The notes under the pieces: model-generated
What the model was told of the DNA's origin: nothing
The model's database searches: none
The model's input: only the letters and a program-made list of their open reading frames with translations
Assembly (NCBI GenBank): GCA_026770705.1
Contig: JANJGN010000102.1
Span: 372,001 to 436,000 of the forward strand
Direction of reading: 5' to 3'
Length of the DNA: 64,000 nt
Origin: Isurus oxyrinchus
Lineage: Eukaryota
Position numbers and translations under genes: made by a program
Part shown: piece by piece, positions 50,560 through 62,701 of the stretch
How the letters are laid out: every line of letters begins with the position of its first letter
Numbering within the stretch: position 1 is the stretch's first letter

Positions 50560-51822
50560 AAGCGTGGACTACAGGACAATATAGATGGGCTGGTCAGATG
50601 GGCAGAGCAGTGGCACATGGAATTTAATCCTGGGATGTGTGAGGTGATATATTTTGGGAGGACTAATAATGCAAGGAAGTACACGACGAATGGTAGGACC
50701 GTAGGAAGTACAGAGGATCAGAGGCACCTTGGTGTGTATGTTCCTAGATCCCTGAAGACAACAGGACAAGTAGATAAGCTGGCTAGGAAGGCATATGGGA
50801 TACTTGCCTTTATTAGTCAAGGCATAGAATATAAGAGCAGAGAGGTTTTGATGGACCTGTAGAAAGCATTAGTTAGGCCACAGCTAGAGCACTATGTGCA
50901 GTTCTGGTTGCCGCCCTGTAGGAAGAATGTGATTGCACTGGAGAAGATGCAGAGGATATTCACCAGGATGTTGCCTGGGCTGGAGCTTTTCAGCTATGGA
51001 TAGGCTGGGATTGTTTTCCTTAGAGGAGAGTAAGCTGAGGGGTGACCTGATTGAGGTGCACAAATTATGAGGGGCCTAGATAGAGGAGATAGGAAGAAAC
51101 TTTTCCCCTTAGTAGTGAGGTCAATAACCAGGGGGTATAGATTTAAGGTAAGGAGCAGGAGGTTTAGAGAGAGTTTTAGGAATGATTTTTCACCCAGAGG
51201 GTGGTGGTGTATCTGGAACTCGCTGCCTGAAAGGGTGGAAGAGGCAGGAACCCACACAACATTTAAGAAGTATTTGGATGAACACTTGAAACACCACAAC
51301 ATACAGGGCTATGGGCCAAGTGCTCGAAAATGGGATTAGAATAGATAGGAGCTTGATGGCCAGCACAGACACGATGTGCCGAAGGGCTTAGAACAAAGAA
51401 GGCTGAGAGGTGACTTGATTGAGGCGTATAAAATTATGAGGGGAATAGATAGAGTGGACAGGATAAAATTGTTTCCCTTGGTGGAGAATTCTAGAACCAG
51501 GGGACATAGATTCAAGAAAAGTGGCAGAGGGTGTTGGGGGAACATGAGGAAGAACTTTTTTACGCAGAGGGTAGTGGGTGTCTGGAATTCGCTGCCAAGT
51601 TGGTGGTAGAGGCAGAAACTCTAAACTCTTTTAAAAAGTACCTGGATTTGCACCTTAAGTGCTGTAAGCTGCAGGGCTTTGGGCCCGGTGCAGGAAGGTG
51701 GGATTAGAAAGGGCACCTGGGTGTCCTCGGGCTGGCATGGACAAGATGGGCCGAATGGCCTCCTTCTGTGCTGTAACTTTTCTATGGCTTCCTTCCATGC
51801 TGCAAAACTCTATGACTCTATG
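50560..51822 (+). mobile_element. Two tandem CR1 3' fragments
   Basis: MEFNPGMCEV..., RRLRGDLIE..., FFTQRVV. Confidence 0.85.
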
Positions 51823-52382
51823 TAGCACCTCAGCATTCTGATGCTAAGATTCAGCTCCAGTTTCTTTGATGTTAAAACATCCTTCATTTTGACAAAGCCG
51901 ATCTTGGTTCTCTCAATTTTCCTTCGGACCTCACAATCTCATCTCCCAACGCCTGTGATAATCTGCTCAAGATGCATGAACCTTTTCTCTTTTTAAAAAT
52001 TCTTTCATGGTGTCACTGGCTAGCCCAGCATTTATTGCCCATCCCTAATTGCCCCTTGAGAAGGTGGTGGTGAGCTGACTCTTAAGCCGCTGCAGTCCAT
52101 GTGGTGTAGGTACACTCACCATGCTGTTAGGGAGAGGGTTCCAGGATTTTGACCCAGCGACAGTGAACAAAGGGCCAATGTATTTCCAAGTCAGGATGGT
52201 GTGTGTGGCTCGGAGGAGAACTTCCAGGCGCTGCTGTTCCCATGCGTTTGCTGCTCTTGTCCTTCGAGGTGATGGAGGTTGTGGGTTTGGAAGATTCTGG
52301 GGGAGGAGGGTGAGCGGGGCAAGTGGGGAACTTCACACATGCGTGCAAGTGCACACTGGAAAAGCTCCCTGAGGCACAGAGA

Positions 52383-52690
52383 TAAAAACAAAAAACTGCG
52401 GATGCTGGAAATCCAAAACAAAAACAGAATTACCTGGAAAAACTCAGCAGGTCTGGCAGCATCGGCGGAGAAGAAGAGTTGACATTTCGAATCCTCATGA
52501 CCCTTCAACAGAACTGAGTGAATCTAAGGAGAGGGGTGAAATATAGTTCTGTCGAAGGGTCATGAGGACTCGAAACGTCAACTCTTTTCTTCTCCGCCGA
52601 TGCTGCCAGACCTGCTGAGTTTTTCCAGGTAATTCTGTTCTTGTTTTGGGTGAAATATAAGCTGGTTTAAGGTGGGGGCTGGGGGGGGTT
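52383..52690. mobile_element. Inverted pair of Penelope terminal repeats with two opposed hammerhead-like motifs
   Basis: 52410-52514 is the reverse complement of 52546-52650; both match 8437-8560. Confidence 0.8.
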
Positions 52691-53698
52691 GGGACATGTT
52701 ACAAATGAGGTGTAAATTTTTGAATTTTATTTTTAATTGCTGTTAGAAACCTCATCACGCCCGTAGATGAGGTTTCCTAAAAAGTGCAAAGGCCGCTTGA
52801 CCTTTTCGCCTGCTCACCAACCGTAACTTGGACAGGCACTGAAAAATTTAAGTTAATTAATACTTTAATGGCCTTAATAGGCCTTCTAATTGTCAGCGGG
52901 CGCACTGCCGATTCCCGCGCGCACCCACTGACCTAACTATCGTTCGAATGCGCATTGGTGTCAGGACATTCGCCTGACGTCATCGCGCGTCATTTTACGC
53001 TCGAGCAGGTCAGGCATGTACCCACTCGGGGAGGTGAAAATTCTGCCTTCAGTAAGGGTGACCATGAAATTATCATCGATTGCTGTAAAAATCCATCTGG
53101 TTCACTAAAGTCCAAATCTGCCGTCCTTACCCGATCTGGCCTACATGTGACTATTAACTGCCCTCTGAAATGGCCCTAGCAAGTCACTCAGTTCAAGGGG
53201 CAATTAGGGATGGGAACAAATACTGGCCTGACCAGCGATGCCTGCATCCCATGAAGGAATACATCTTTTAAAAAAAAGTTTACATAACATCTTTCACATC
53301 CCCAAGACATTCCAAAACCTTTCACAGCCGGGAGGTTACGTTAGAAATGCAGTTCCTGCCGTGACACGGACAAAAGTGGCAATTCATTTTGCACAGCAGG
53401 ATCCCAGGAAAGGGGAGTGAATGAACCACCAGTCAGTTCTCTTTTGGTGACCTTGGTTGAAGGAGGAATGTTGGCCTGGAGATTGAGGACACCTTTCATA
53501 GACAACCCACGGAGAATCTTTCCCTCCTCCTCAGACTGCCAGACCTGGCGTCAGCTTAATGTCTGGTCCACAAGGCCACCCTCCGACAATACGGCACTCT
53601 CTGGGCATTGTAGTCGAGCCTCAGCCCCCTCCGGGTATATATTCAATGGGATTTGGAACAGTCGGATTGAGAGGTGACAGACCTAACAATTGAACCAG

Positions 53699-53769
53699 GC
53701 ACACTCGCCAAAAAAGATCAAGGGAAAAAGAGAAGGAAAATCAGCTCAGAGGAAATGTGCAGTTTTCCT
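53699..53769 (+). CDS. Candidate adaptor internal exon, GTLAKKDQGKKRRKISSEEMCSFP
   Basis: cctaac branch-like motif, ccag| (weak tract), donor |gtaagt; phase 1-to-0 bridges to 54367. Confidence 0.4.
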
Positions 53770-54366
53770 GTAAGTGAGGGGATAAGACGATTCGAGGATT
53801 CAATAGGGACAGTAGAGAGAAACTATTTCCCCTGGTGACAAGAGACCAGAACAAGGGGGCAAAACCTTAAACTGGGAGCCAGGCCGTTGAGGGGTGATGT
53901 CAGGAAGTGCATCTTCGCACAAAGGGGAGTGGAAATCTGGAACTCTCTCTCCTCCACCCCACCTCTCCACCACAAAAAGCTGTCAAGGCCGCAGGGTTAA
54001 CTGGAAATTTCTAAACTGAATTTAATAGATTTTTTGTTGGGTAAGGGGATTAAGGGTCACCGAGGCAGGGTGGGCGAATGGAGTTAAGATGTAGATCAGG
54101 CATGATCTTATCGGATATCTGAACAGGCTCGTGAGGCTGAAGGGCCTCATCCTGTTCCTGTGTAACATGCTCCAGAGACTGAATAGTCTCCTCCTGCTCC
54201 TGTGTAACAGACTTGTGGGGGGCTGAAGGGCCTCGTCCTGTTCCTGTGTAACAGACTCAAGAGGGGCTGAATGACCTCCTCTTGTTCCTGTGTAACAGGC
54301 TCGAGAGGGGCTGAATGGGCTCCTCCTTAACCTCATTCTGTGCCCATCTGGACCACTTCCCCACAG

Positions 54367-54507
54367 GCAGTTCCCGTACCCTCCAGCTACCCCACAGAGA
54401 TCACATCGGCTGCCAAAAAAACCCTCAGATATGCAGCATTAGATATAGGGAACTTGACAGCCCTTCCAGGAATTGTACAGCGTTGCACAGAGTATCATAT
54501 TCGCTAA
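54367..54507 (+). CDS. Candidate adaptor terminal exon with ITIM, AVPVPSSYPTEITSAAKKTLRYAALDIGNLTALPGIVQRCTEYHIR*
   Basis: ccttaac branch plus pyrimidine tract plus cacag|; phase-0 frame contains LRYAAL (LxYxxL) and a distal TEY. Confidence 0.45.
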   Translation, partial: AVPVPSSYPTEITSAAKKTLRYAALDIGNLTALPGIVQRCTEYHIR

Positions 54508-54789
54508 GAGGCATTAGCATCATGAAATCAAAGGTATAGTTAATCCCAAACAAGCGTTACCAGAAACTCTTAGTTCTGTGAGAAATGCAAAAAGCATAAA
54601 TCAAATCAACTGTGACTGAAACCATGGGGATGACGATCATAAAATAATTCACTGCGCCGGACCATGGGAGAGGGAATCTGTTCACAGCGAAGCAGGCTTT
54701 ACCATGGCTCTTTAATTCAGTATCTCACTTCGTTCTCAGGTTGCAGGATCACCATCTCCATTCACCCCAGTGAATCATCGAAACAGCTC

Positions 54790-57700
54790 TTAGCCACTCA
54801 GCCCCTTGAGTCTGCTCCCCCATTCAATAAGGTCGTGGCTGATCTGATTGTGGCCTCGACTCCACTTTCCTGCCTGTCCCTCGTAACCCCCGACTCCGTT
54901 GTCAATCAAAAATCTGTCTAACTCGGCCTTGAATATATTCAATGAGTCAGCCTCCACTTCTCTCTGGGGGAGAGAATGCCACAGACTGACAACCTGGAGA
55001 GAAGAAATTCCTCCTCATCTCCATCTTCAATGGGAAACACCTTATCCTTAAATTGTGTTTAATGAGGGGAAACATCCTCTCAGCATCCACCCTGTCAATC
55101 TCCATTTAAGAATCTGACATGTTTCAATAAGATTGCCCCTCATTCTTCTAAACTCCAATGGATAGAGGCCCGACCTGCTCAATCTTCCTTCATAAGACAA
55201 ACCCCTTCATCCCAGAATGAGACGGGTGAACCTTCTCTGAACTACTTCCATCGCAATTATATCATTTTCCAAATAAGGAGACCAAAACTGTACACAGCAC
55301 TCCAGATGCGCTCTCACCAAGGCCCTGTACGACTGCAGCAAAACTTTCCGACTTTTCTATATTGCATTCCCCTTGCAATAAACACCAACTTGCCACTTGC
55401 CTTCCTAATCACTTGCTGCATCTGCATACTAACTTTTTGTAATTCATGCACCAGGACACCCAGATCCCTCTGTACCTCAGAGTTCCACTGTCTCTTCCCA
55501 TTTAAATAATATGCTGCTTTTCAAATCTTCCTGCCAAAGTGGACAGGTTCACATTTTCCCACATATCCACCTGCCAAATCTTTGCCCACTCGCTTAACCC
55601 ACTGCCTTTGTAGAATATACCTCAACTACCCTCCTACCCATCTATTCCCCTCACTTGAATGGCTTCCTCTACCACGGTGCCATGATCAGTTTGCTCATCC
55701 ATCTTGCAGCCCCCAGAGAATTGAGTAGTTACAGCAAGGCCAAAGACCATTCAGCCCATCGAGCCCAGGTCAGTTCTCTGCGAAAACAACTCATCTAATC
55801 CCACTTTCCTGTAGCCTTGAAATTTTTACTCTTCAGTTGGTTATGCAATTCACTTTTGATAGCCTCAATTGACCCTGCCTGCGCCACTCTCAGGCAGAGC
55901 GTTCCGGATCCTAACCACTCGCTATGTGAAAAAGTTTTTCTCCGTGTCTCCGTTGCTTCTTTTGCCAATTGTCTTGAATCTGAAAACCGAATAACTACTG
56001 CTGTAGAGAGGGCTTTAAACTGATTAGGGGGTTGGGGAGGGGTAGGGCTCTGGAGAGGGGATACTTAGGCTTGCAAAGCAAAAGGATATGGCAGCGTTGC
56101 AGGGCAGCTATTTAGGTAATGACATCCCGAGTGTGACAGGAAGGGACAGTGTGTGCAAACACAAAAAAAAGCAGCAAATAGGGTCAAGGGGAGGGGTGCG
56201 GGGGAATGATTAAAAGGCAAAATTAATGGATTTTTATTTAACTGCACATAGTATTCCAAACAAAAATAAATGAATTAATGGTACAAATAGAGCTTAGTGT
56301 ATATGATCTTATAGCCGTGATGGACACATGGTTACAAGGAGATCAAAGCTGGGAACTAAATATTCAGGGGCATGTGACTTTTCGAAAGGACAAGCAGGAA
56401 GGAAAGGGTGGCAGGTAGCTTTGTTAGCATGAGGTGGAATAAGTACGTTAGCAAGAAATGATCTTGGATCGGGAGATGTGGAACCCATATGGGTGGAGGT
56501 AAGAAATAATAAGGGGAAGAAGACATTGGTGGGAGTAGTCTATAGGCCCCCTAACAGTAGCTAATCTGTAGGACAGAGAATAAATCAGGAGATAATGAGG
56601 GCATGTAAAAAAGGCAGTATATTAATCACAGGTGACTTTAATCTTCATGTAAGTTGGGTAAATCAAATTGGCAGAGGTAGCCATGAGCAAGAATTCATAG
56701 AGTGTATTTGGGACAGTTTCCTAGCACAATATGTTATGGATCTAATCAGGGATCAGGCTATTTTGGATCTGGTAATCTGTAATGAGGTGAGTTGCTGCAG
56801 TGCATCTTGTAGATGGTACACACACTGCTGCCACTGTGCGTCAGTGGTGGAGGATGTGAATGTTTGTGGATGTGGTGTCAAACAAGCGGGGTTGCTTTGT
56901 CCTGGAAGGTGTCGTGCTTCTTGAGTGTTTTTGGAGCTGCACTCATCCAGGCAAGTGGAGAGTATTCCATCACACTGCTGACTTGTGCCTTGTAGATGGT
57001 GGACAGACTTTGGGTGATCAGGAGATGAGTTACTTACCTGGTCTTGTAGCTATAGTATTTATGTGTCTGGCCCAGTTCAGTTTCGGGTCAGGATGTTGAT
57101 AGTGGGGCAATTCAGCAATAATAATGCCATTGATTGTCAAGGGCAATGGTTAGATTCTCCCTTGTTGGAGATAGCCATTGACTGGCACTTAGGTGGCACG
57201 AACATTAGTTGCCACTTATCAGCCCATTCTATGGTGTTTAGGAGAATGAGAAGTGATCTCATTGAAATGTATGAAATTCTGGGAGTGTTTGACTGGGTCG
57301 ATGCTGAGAGGCTGTTCCCCATCTTTCACCCCCCATTCCCACCTCCAGCTGGAGAGCCTAGAACAATAGAACATGCGGGGCGGCGGGAGGGCGGGTCACA
57401 GTCTCAGGGTGAGGGGTCAGCCATTTCAGACTGAGATGAGGGGAAAATTCTTCACTCCGAGGGTTATGAATCTTTGGAATTCTCAACCCCAGAGGATTGT
57501 CAGTCACATTTGATATGGAGATCGAGAGATTTCCCGGCATTGAGGGAATTAAGGGATATGGGGGTGGACAGAGAGTAGAGATAAATTTTTGATTGGGGGA
57601 TTAAGGGATACCAGGAGTGGGAGAAGGAGCGGAGGTAGATTTTTGATTGGGGGGATTAAGGGATACGGGGAGTGGGTGAAGATAGATTTTTGATTGGGGG

Positions 57701-58860
57701 ATTAAGGCATACGAGGAGTTGGCGGAAGGTGAAGATAGATTTTTGACTGGGGGATTAAGGGATGCGGGGAGTGGGTGGGAAAGTGGAGATAGGTTTTTGA
57801 TTGGGGGATTAAGGGATGCGGAGGAGTGGACGGGAAAGCGGAGATAGATTTTTGATTGGGGGATTAAGGGATACGGGGAGTTGGTAGAAGGTGAAGATAG
57901 ATTTTTGACTGGGGGATTAAGGGATGTGGGGAGTGGGTGGGAAAGTGGAGATAGGTTTTTGATTGGGGGATTAAGGGATGCGGGGGAGTGGGCGGGAAAG
58001 CGGAGATAGATTTTTGATTGGGGGATCAAGGGGTACAGGGAGCGGGCAGAGGGTGGAGATAAATTCAATAGGAGGTCTCAAAATGGAAATTGGATAAATA
58101 TTTAAGGGGGAAAAATTTGCAGGATTATGGTGGGGAGACGGGCTGGGGTGGGGATTAATTGGACAGATCTGTCAAAGAGCCAACACAGGCACAATGGGCT
58201 GAATGGCCTCCTTCTGTGCTATGTAGTTCTATGGTTCAACCTCCTTAATCTGGGGGCACTGAGGTCAATGGAATTAGCCATGAAACCTGAATAAAACACT
58301 GATTCAGCCTCAACTGGAGTATTGTGTTCAATTTTGGGCACTGGAGTTTAGGAATGATGTGAAGGCTTTAGAGAGAGAGAGAGAGTGCAGAAAAGATTCA
58401 CAAGAATGGTTCCAGGGATGAGGGACTTCAGTTCCTTGGATAGATTGGTGTAGTTGTGAGTGTTCTCCTTGGAGAAGAGAAGGTTAAGAGGAGATTTGAT
58501 CGAGGTGTTCAAAATCATGAGGGTCTCTGGGACAGAGTAGACAGGGAGAAACTGTTCCCATTGGCGGAATGGTCAAGAACCAGATGGACACAAATTTAAT
58601 GCGGTTGGCAAAAGAAGCGACGGAGACCCGAGGGGAAACTTTTTCACACAGCGAGTGGTTGGGATCTGGAATGCACTGCCTGAGAGTGTCGAGGAGGCAG
58701 AGTCAATTGAGGCTTTCAAGAGGGAATTGGGTCATTATCTGAAGAGGAAAAATGCGCAGGGTTACGGTGAGAAGGCCGGGGGTGTGGGGCTGGGTGCATT
58801 GCTCATTCGGAGAGTCAGTACAGGCCTCTTCCTGCGCTGTGGCAGTTCTGTAGTTCTGAG
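54790..58860. mobile_element. Cluster of nested LINE fragments (CR1 endonuclease and 3' ends) including an ~60-bp tandem repeat at 57580-58045
   Basis: ITGDFNLH, RRMRSDLIE, repeated agatttttgattgggggattaagggat. Confidence 0.75.
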
Positions 58861-59125
58861 AGCTCATGAGTATGAGTCAGTCATCTCCTGTGTTGCTGTG
58901 GACGAGGGGGTGACACGGAGGGAGAGAAGGATAAGGTGAGTGAGGGATGAGTTATTGAACATAGAGAAAGGAAGGAAATTGCTTGGGGGTGGGTGTGGTG
59001 TGGTGGTGGTATGCGGAGGGAGGCTGCGGGAGTGAGGAAGGGTCAATTTGACCCAGTTTGCTTCGGAATGGGCGGTTGTCAGTCTTACGTTAATGCATTA
59101 AGTGTCTGCTTTCTCTTCCTTCCAG

Positions 59126-59383
59126 GAGCACACATTTTGCAGGCACAGTTCTCCATCGAAAAATCTCATCATTCAGCAGTTAGCCTGAGGTTCGCTTATG
59201 AAGGAACAGAACTCATCCAGTTCAACTACATCACCAATCAGTTCGTGGCCACTGAGCCGCTGGCAAAGTCTTTCGCTGAGCAACTTAACAGCGACCAGAA
59301 GAAGGTCAGAAGGTACATTCGCTATGGCTCCTTTGCAAATCTGGTGTCAGATGTGGTTTTACGGGCCACTCGCCAACTGATCG
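59126..59383 (+). CDS. W-category beta chain (WB) beta1 exon, 86 aa (GAHILQAQFSIE...RFAYEGTELIQFNYITNQFVA...RATRQLI)
   Basis: Strong acceptor ttctcttccttccag|, donor G|gtaagt, 258 nt phase 1-1, open. GAHILQ and FAYEGTE match class I alpha2 GSHTLQ and YAYDGKD. No cysteines. Confidence 0.85.
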
Positions 59384-59565
59384 GTAAGTGCGGAAAAGAG
59401 CGGGTAGGGTGGGGGTGGGAGCGAGAAGTGAGATTAATTGGTTAGAACTTTCAAAGAGCTAACACGGGCATGGTGGGCAGAATGGCATCATCCTGGGCTG
59501 TGGGGTGCGGTGTGTTACCGCATCAAGCATGTACACACGTCAGGAGGCCCCAGCTGACTGAACTC

Positions 59566-60343
59566 TGTCATGAAGTTATTAATGTATACAATATTTTGGA
59601 AAATATTTTTCCTTTGAAATAGAAGTTTAGTCTGCTGGTGTGTCTTAATTGGATTACAGTCAGCTAGTCTGGGTGCTTGGATATGTACTAGTTTGAGATG
59701 TAAACAGAGGGGTAGAGTGTATTTGCATTTTTTGAATAGAGCATTGAAGAAGTGGGGTGAAACCTTGATGCCTTTCTAGCAGATACCAAGCAATATGTTT
59801 TTATTGCTAATAAAATTGGTACAATGAATGGGGTTTTATTGTTAAAAGGTAAAGTTCAAAGAGTCTGGTCAGACAATGAGAATTTGAATTCAATCAGGGG
59901 TGGTAGGTATAACTTCAGTAGTTTTTGGGTGTGAAAGCAGAGGCAATGTGAGATCAAAAGGCAGCTGCAAGCCTCCAGCTGGCTCCAGAGTGAAAGGAGC
60001 CTCATTTTGAATTTGTAAGGTGAAAATGCTTTGCCTGGTGTTTGGTTAAGTCTATGGGTTGCTGTTGCCCTAATGGAGATTAGTTTGGGAATTTGTTAAA
60101 AGATGTGATAGTAGTAATTTGCCGCCATGTGTATATATATATATATATATTCTAAACCTGTGCAAATTAATAAAATGTTTCAATTAGTTTAATGTAAACC
60201 CTGAAGAACTGATGGTCTGATTCCTGAATTTAGAGTCGCATCTCGAACATAACACTTAAAATTATAGCTTATGACAGTTGTTTAAAGTTTCCCTCTGGGA
60301 TTTTTTAAATAACTCCATTTTACCAACAGCATTGGTCATAACA
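59566..60343. mobile_element. Solo LTR (Gypsy-like) in the WB beta1-beta2 intron
   Basis: TGTCATGA...TCATAACA termini, 4-bp TSD actc at 59562-59565 and 60344-60347, internal aataaa. Confidence 0.8.
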
Positions 60344-60829
60344 ACTCTGCGCATGTAAAGAGTTGTGAGCACTTGGCCGGCCGGCAACAGTGGTGGGGGG
60401 AGTCATTGATGTTGTTCACAGCTTGAGCTAATCGAGCAACTTTCCGAACCTCTCTGCATTTCCCTGCAGAGAGTGTCTTTTGCAGTCCACCTCGCTTGAG
60501 ATCCTTCCTGTCAAAACTACAACATTTTAACTGTTTATATATAATGTCTTTAACACAAGAAAAACATCCCTGAGGCACAACGTGCCAGGATTATGAAGCA
60601 ACCTTTGACCCTGAGACACGCCAGGAGATATAAGGGATGGGTGACCAAAAGCTTGCTCACAGAGGTCAATTTTTAAGGAGCATCTTAAAGGAGGAGAGAG
60701 AGGGAGAGGGAGAAGTTTAGGGAGGAAATTTAGGGCCCCAGGCAGCTGAAGGCACAGCCGTCAATAGTGGAGCGATAGAAATCGGGGGATGCTCAAAAAA
60801 ACAGGTCTGGAGGGACACAGAGATCTCGA

Positions 60830-61110
60830 AGGGTTATAGGAGGTTACAGAGATAGGGTGGGTTGTTGGGGCTGGAAGAGGTCACAGAGGAAGGGAGGGTT
60901 GTAAAGGCTGGAGGAGGTTACAGAAGTAGGGAGGGGTGTAGGGGCTGGAGGAGGTTACAGAGATAGGGAGGGTTGTAGGGGCTGGAGGAGGTTACAGAGA
61001 TAGGGAGGGTTGTAGGGGCTGGAGGAGGTTACAGAGATAGGGAGGGTTGTAGGGGCTGGAGGAGGTTACAAAGGTAGGGAGGGTTGTAAGGCTTGGAGGA
61101 GGTTAAAGAG
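60830..61110 (+). repeat. 37-bp purine-rich minisatellite
   Basis: Unit ggaggaggttacagagatagggagggttgtaggggct. Confidence 0.9.
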
Positions 61111-62192
61111 GTTAAATTGGCTGTCTGGCAGGAGGCAGAGAGTGGGGATAAGGGGGTCCTTCTCAGGATGGTGGCCGGTGACTAGTGGACTTCTGCAGGG
61201 CTCAGTGTTGGGAGCACAACTTTTCACATTATACATTAATGATCTAGATGAAGGAACTGAGGGCATTCTGGCTAAGTTTGCAGATGATACTAAGATAGGT
61301 GGAGGGACAGGTAGTATTGAGGAAGCAGGGAGGCTGCAGAAGGAGTTAGACAGGTTAGGAGAATGGGCAAAGAAGTGGCAGATGGAATACAATGTAGGGA
61401 AGTGTGAGGTCATGTACTTTGGTAGAAGAATAGAGGCATAGACTATTTTCTAAATGGGGAGGGAATTCAGAAATCTGGAGTGCAAAGGGACTTGGGAATC
61501 CTAGTCCAGGATTTTCTTAAGGTTAACTTGCAGGTTGACGTGGTAGTTAGGAAGGCAAATGCAATGTTGGCATTTATTTCGAGAGGACTAGAACATAAAA
61601 GCAGGGATGTGCTGCTGAGGCTTTATAAGGCTCTGGTCAGACCACATTTAGAATATTGTGAGCAATTTTAGGCCCCGTATCTCAGGAAGGATGTGCTGGC
61701 CCTAGAGAGGATCCAGAGGAGGTTCATGAGAATGATCTCAGGAATGAAAGGCTTAACATATGAGGACTCTGGGTCTATACTCAATGGAGTTTAGAAGGAT
61801 ATGGGGGGATCTGATTGAAACTTACAGAATACTGAAAGGCCTGGATAGAGTGGATGTGGGGAAGATGGTTCCATTAGTAGGAGAGACTAGGACCTGAGTG
61901 CACAGCCTCAGAGTAAAGGGAAGACCTTTTAGAACAGAGATGAGGAGAAACTTCTTTAGCCAGAGAGTGGTGAATCTATGGAATTCATTGCCACAGAAGG
62001 CTGTGGAGGCCAGGTCATTGAGTGTATTTAAGACCAAGATAGATAGGTTCTTGATTGGTAAGGGGATCAGAGGTTACGAGGAGAAGGTGGGAGAATGAAG
62101 TTGAGAAACATTTTATGCCATGATTGAATGGCGGAGCAGACTCGATGGGCCGATTGGCCTAATTTCTGCTTCTATGTCTTATGGTCTTATGG
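61110..62192 (+). mobile_element. CR1 LINE 3' fragment inserted into a 37-bp minisatellite
   Basis: QGSVLGAQLF, FADD, (tatggtct)n tail; the minisatellite resumes at 62196. Confidence 0.9.
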
Positions 62193-62622
62193 TCTAAGAG
62201 ATAGGGAGGGTTGTAGGAGCTGCAGGAGGTTGCCATAAGATGTAGGAGCACAAGTAGGTCATTCGGCCCATCCAATCTGCTCTGCCATTCAATGAGATTA
62301 TGGCTGATCTGATAAACCTCAAATCCGCTTCCCTGCCTTTTCCCCATAACCCTTGATTCCCTTATTGGTTAAAAGTCTGACACTTCCCTCCATGTCCAGC
62401 CACACAGCAAAGATGCTCTCAGGCGGTGTACTTGAATGATAGAATTTTGCAGCACCAAAGGAGGCCATTCAGCCCATTGACTCTGTGCTATAAATCTGCT
62501 GAGGCCACTGGAATTTTCATTAATCTGGATTGAGGAAATCTGGGTGATTTTATCTGAAGTCTTTTCTGCTCTGCCGCATTTTCTGAGGAGTTTTGAATCC
62601 ATTGGCCTTCCATCTTCTGTAG

Positions 62623-62701
62623 CCAAGCCTTCCATCAACATAACCACCCTCCGCTTGCACCCTTACTTCTGATCTGCCGTGTGGATGGATTTTATCCAAG
62701 A
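62623..62701 (+). pseudogene. Disrupted WB beta2 exon (5' fragment only)
   Basis: Acceptor ccatcttctgtag| then AKPSINITT; LLLICRVDGFYPR follows in a shifted frame (in-frame TGA 62670-62672); the rest of the C1 domain was not found before 63942. Confidence 0.75.

Noticed and set aside
58866-58941. Strong donor AAG|gtgagt just upstream of beta1 as the WB leader
   Set aside because: The phase-1 frame has TAA immediately before the donor and no hydrophobic core.
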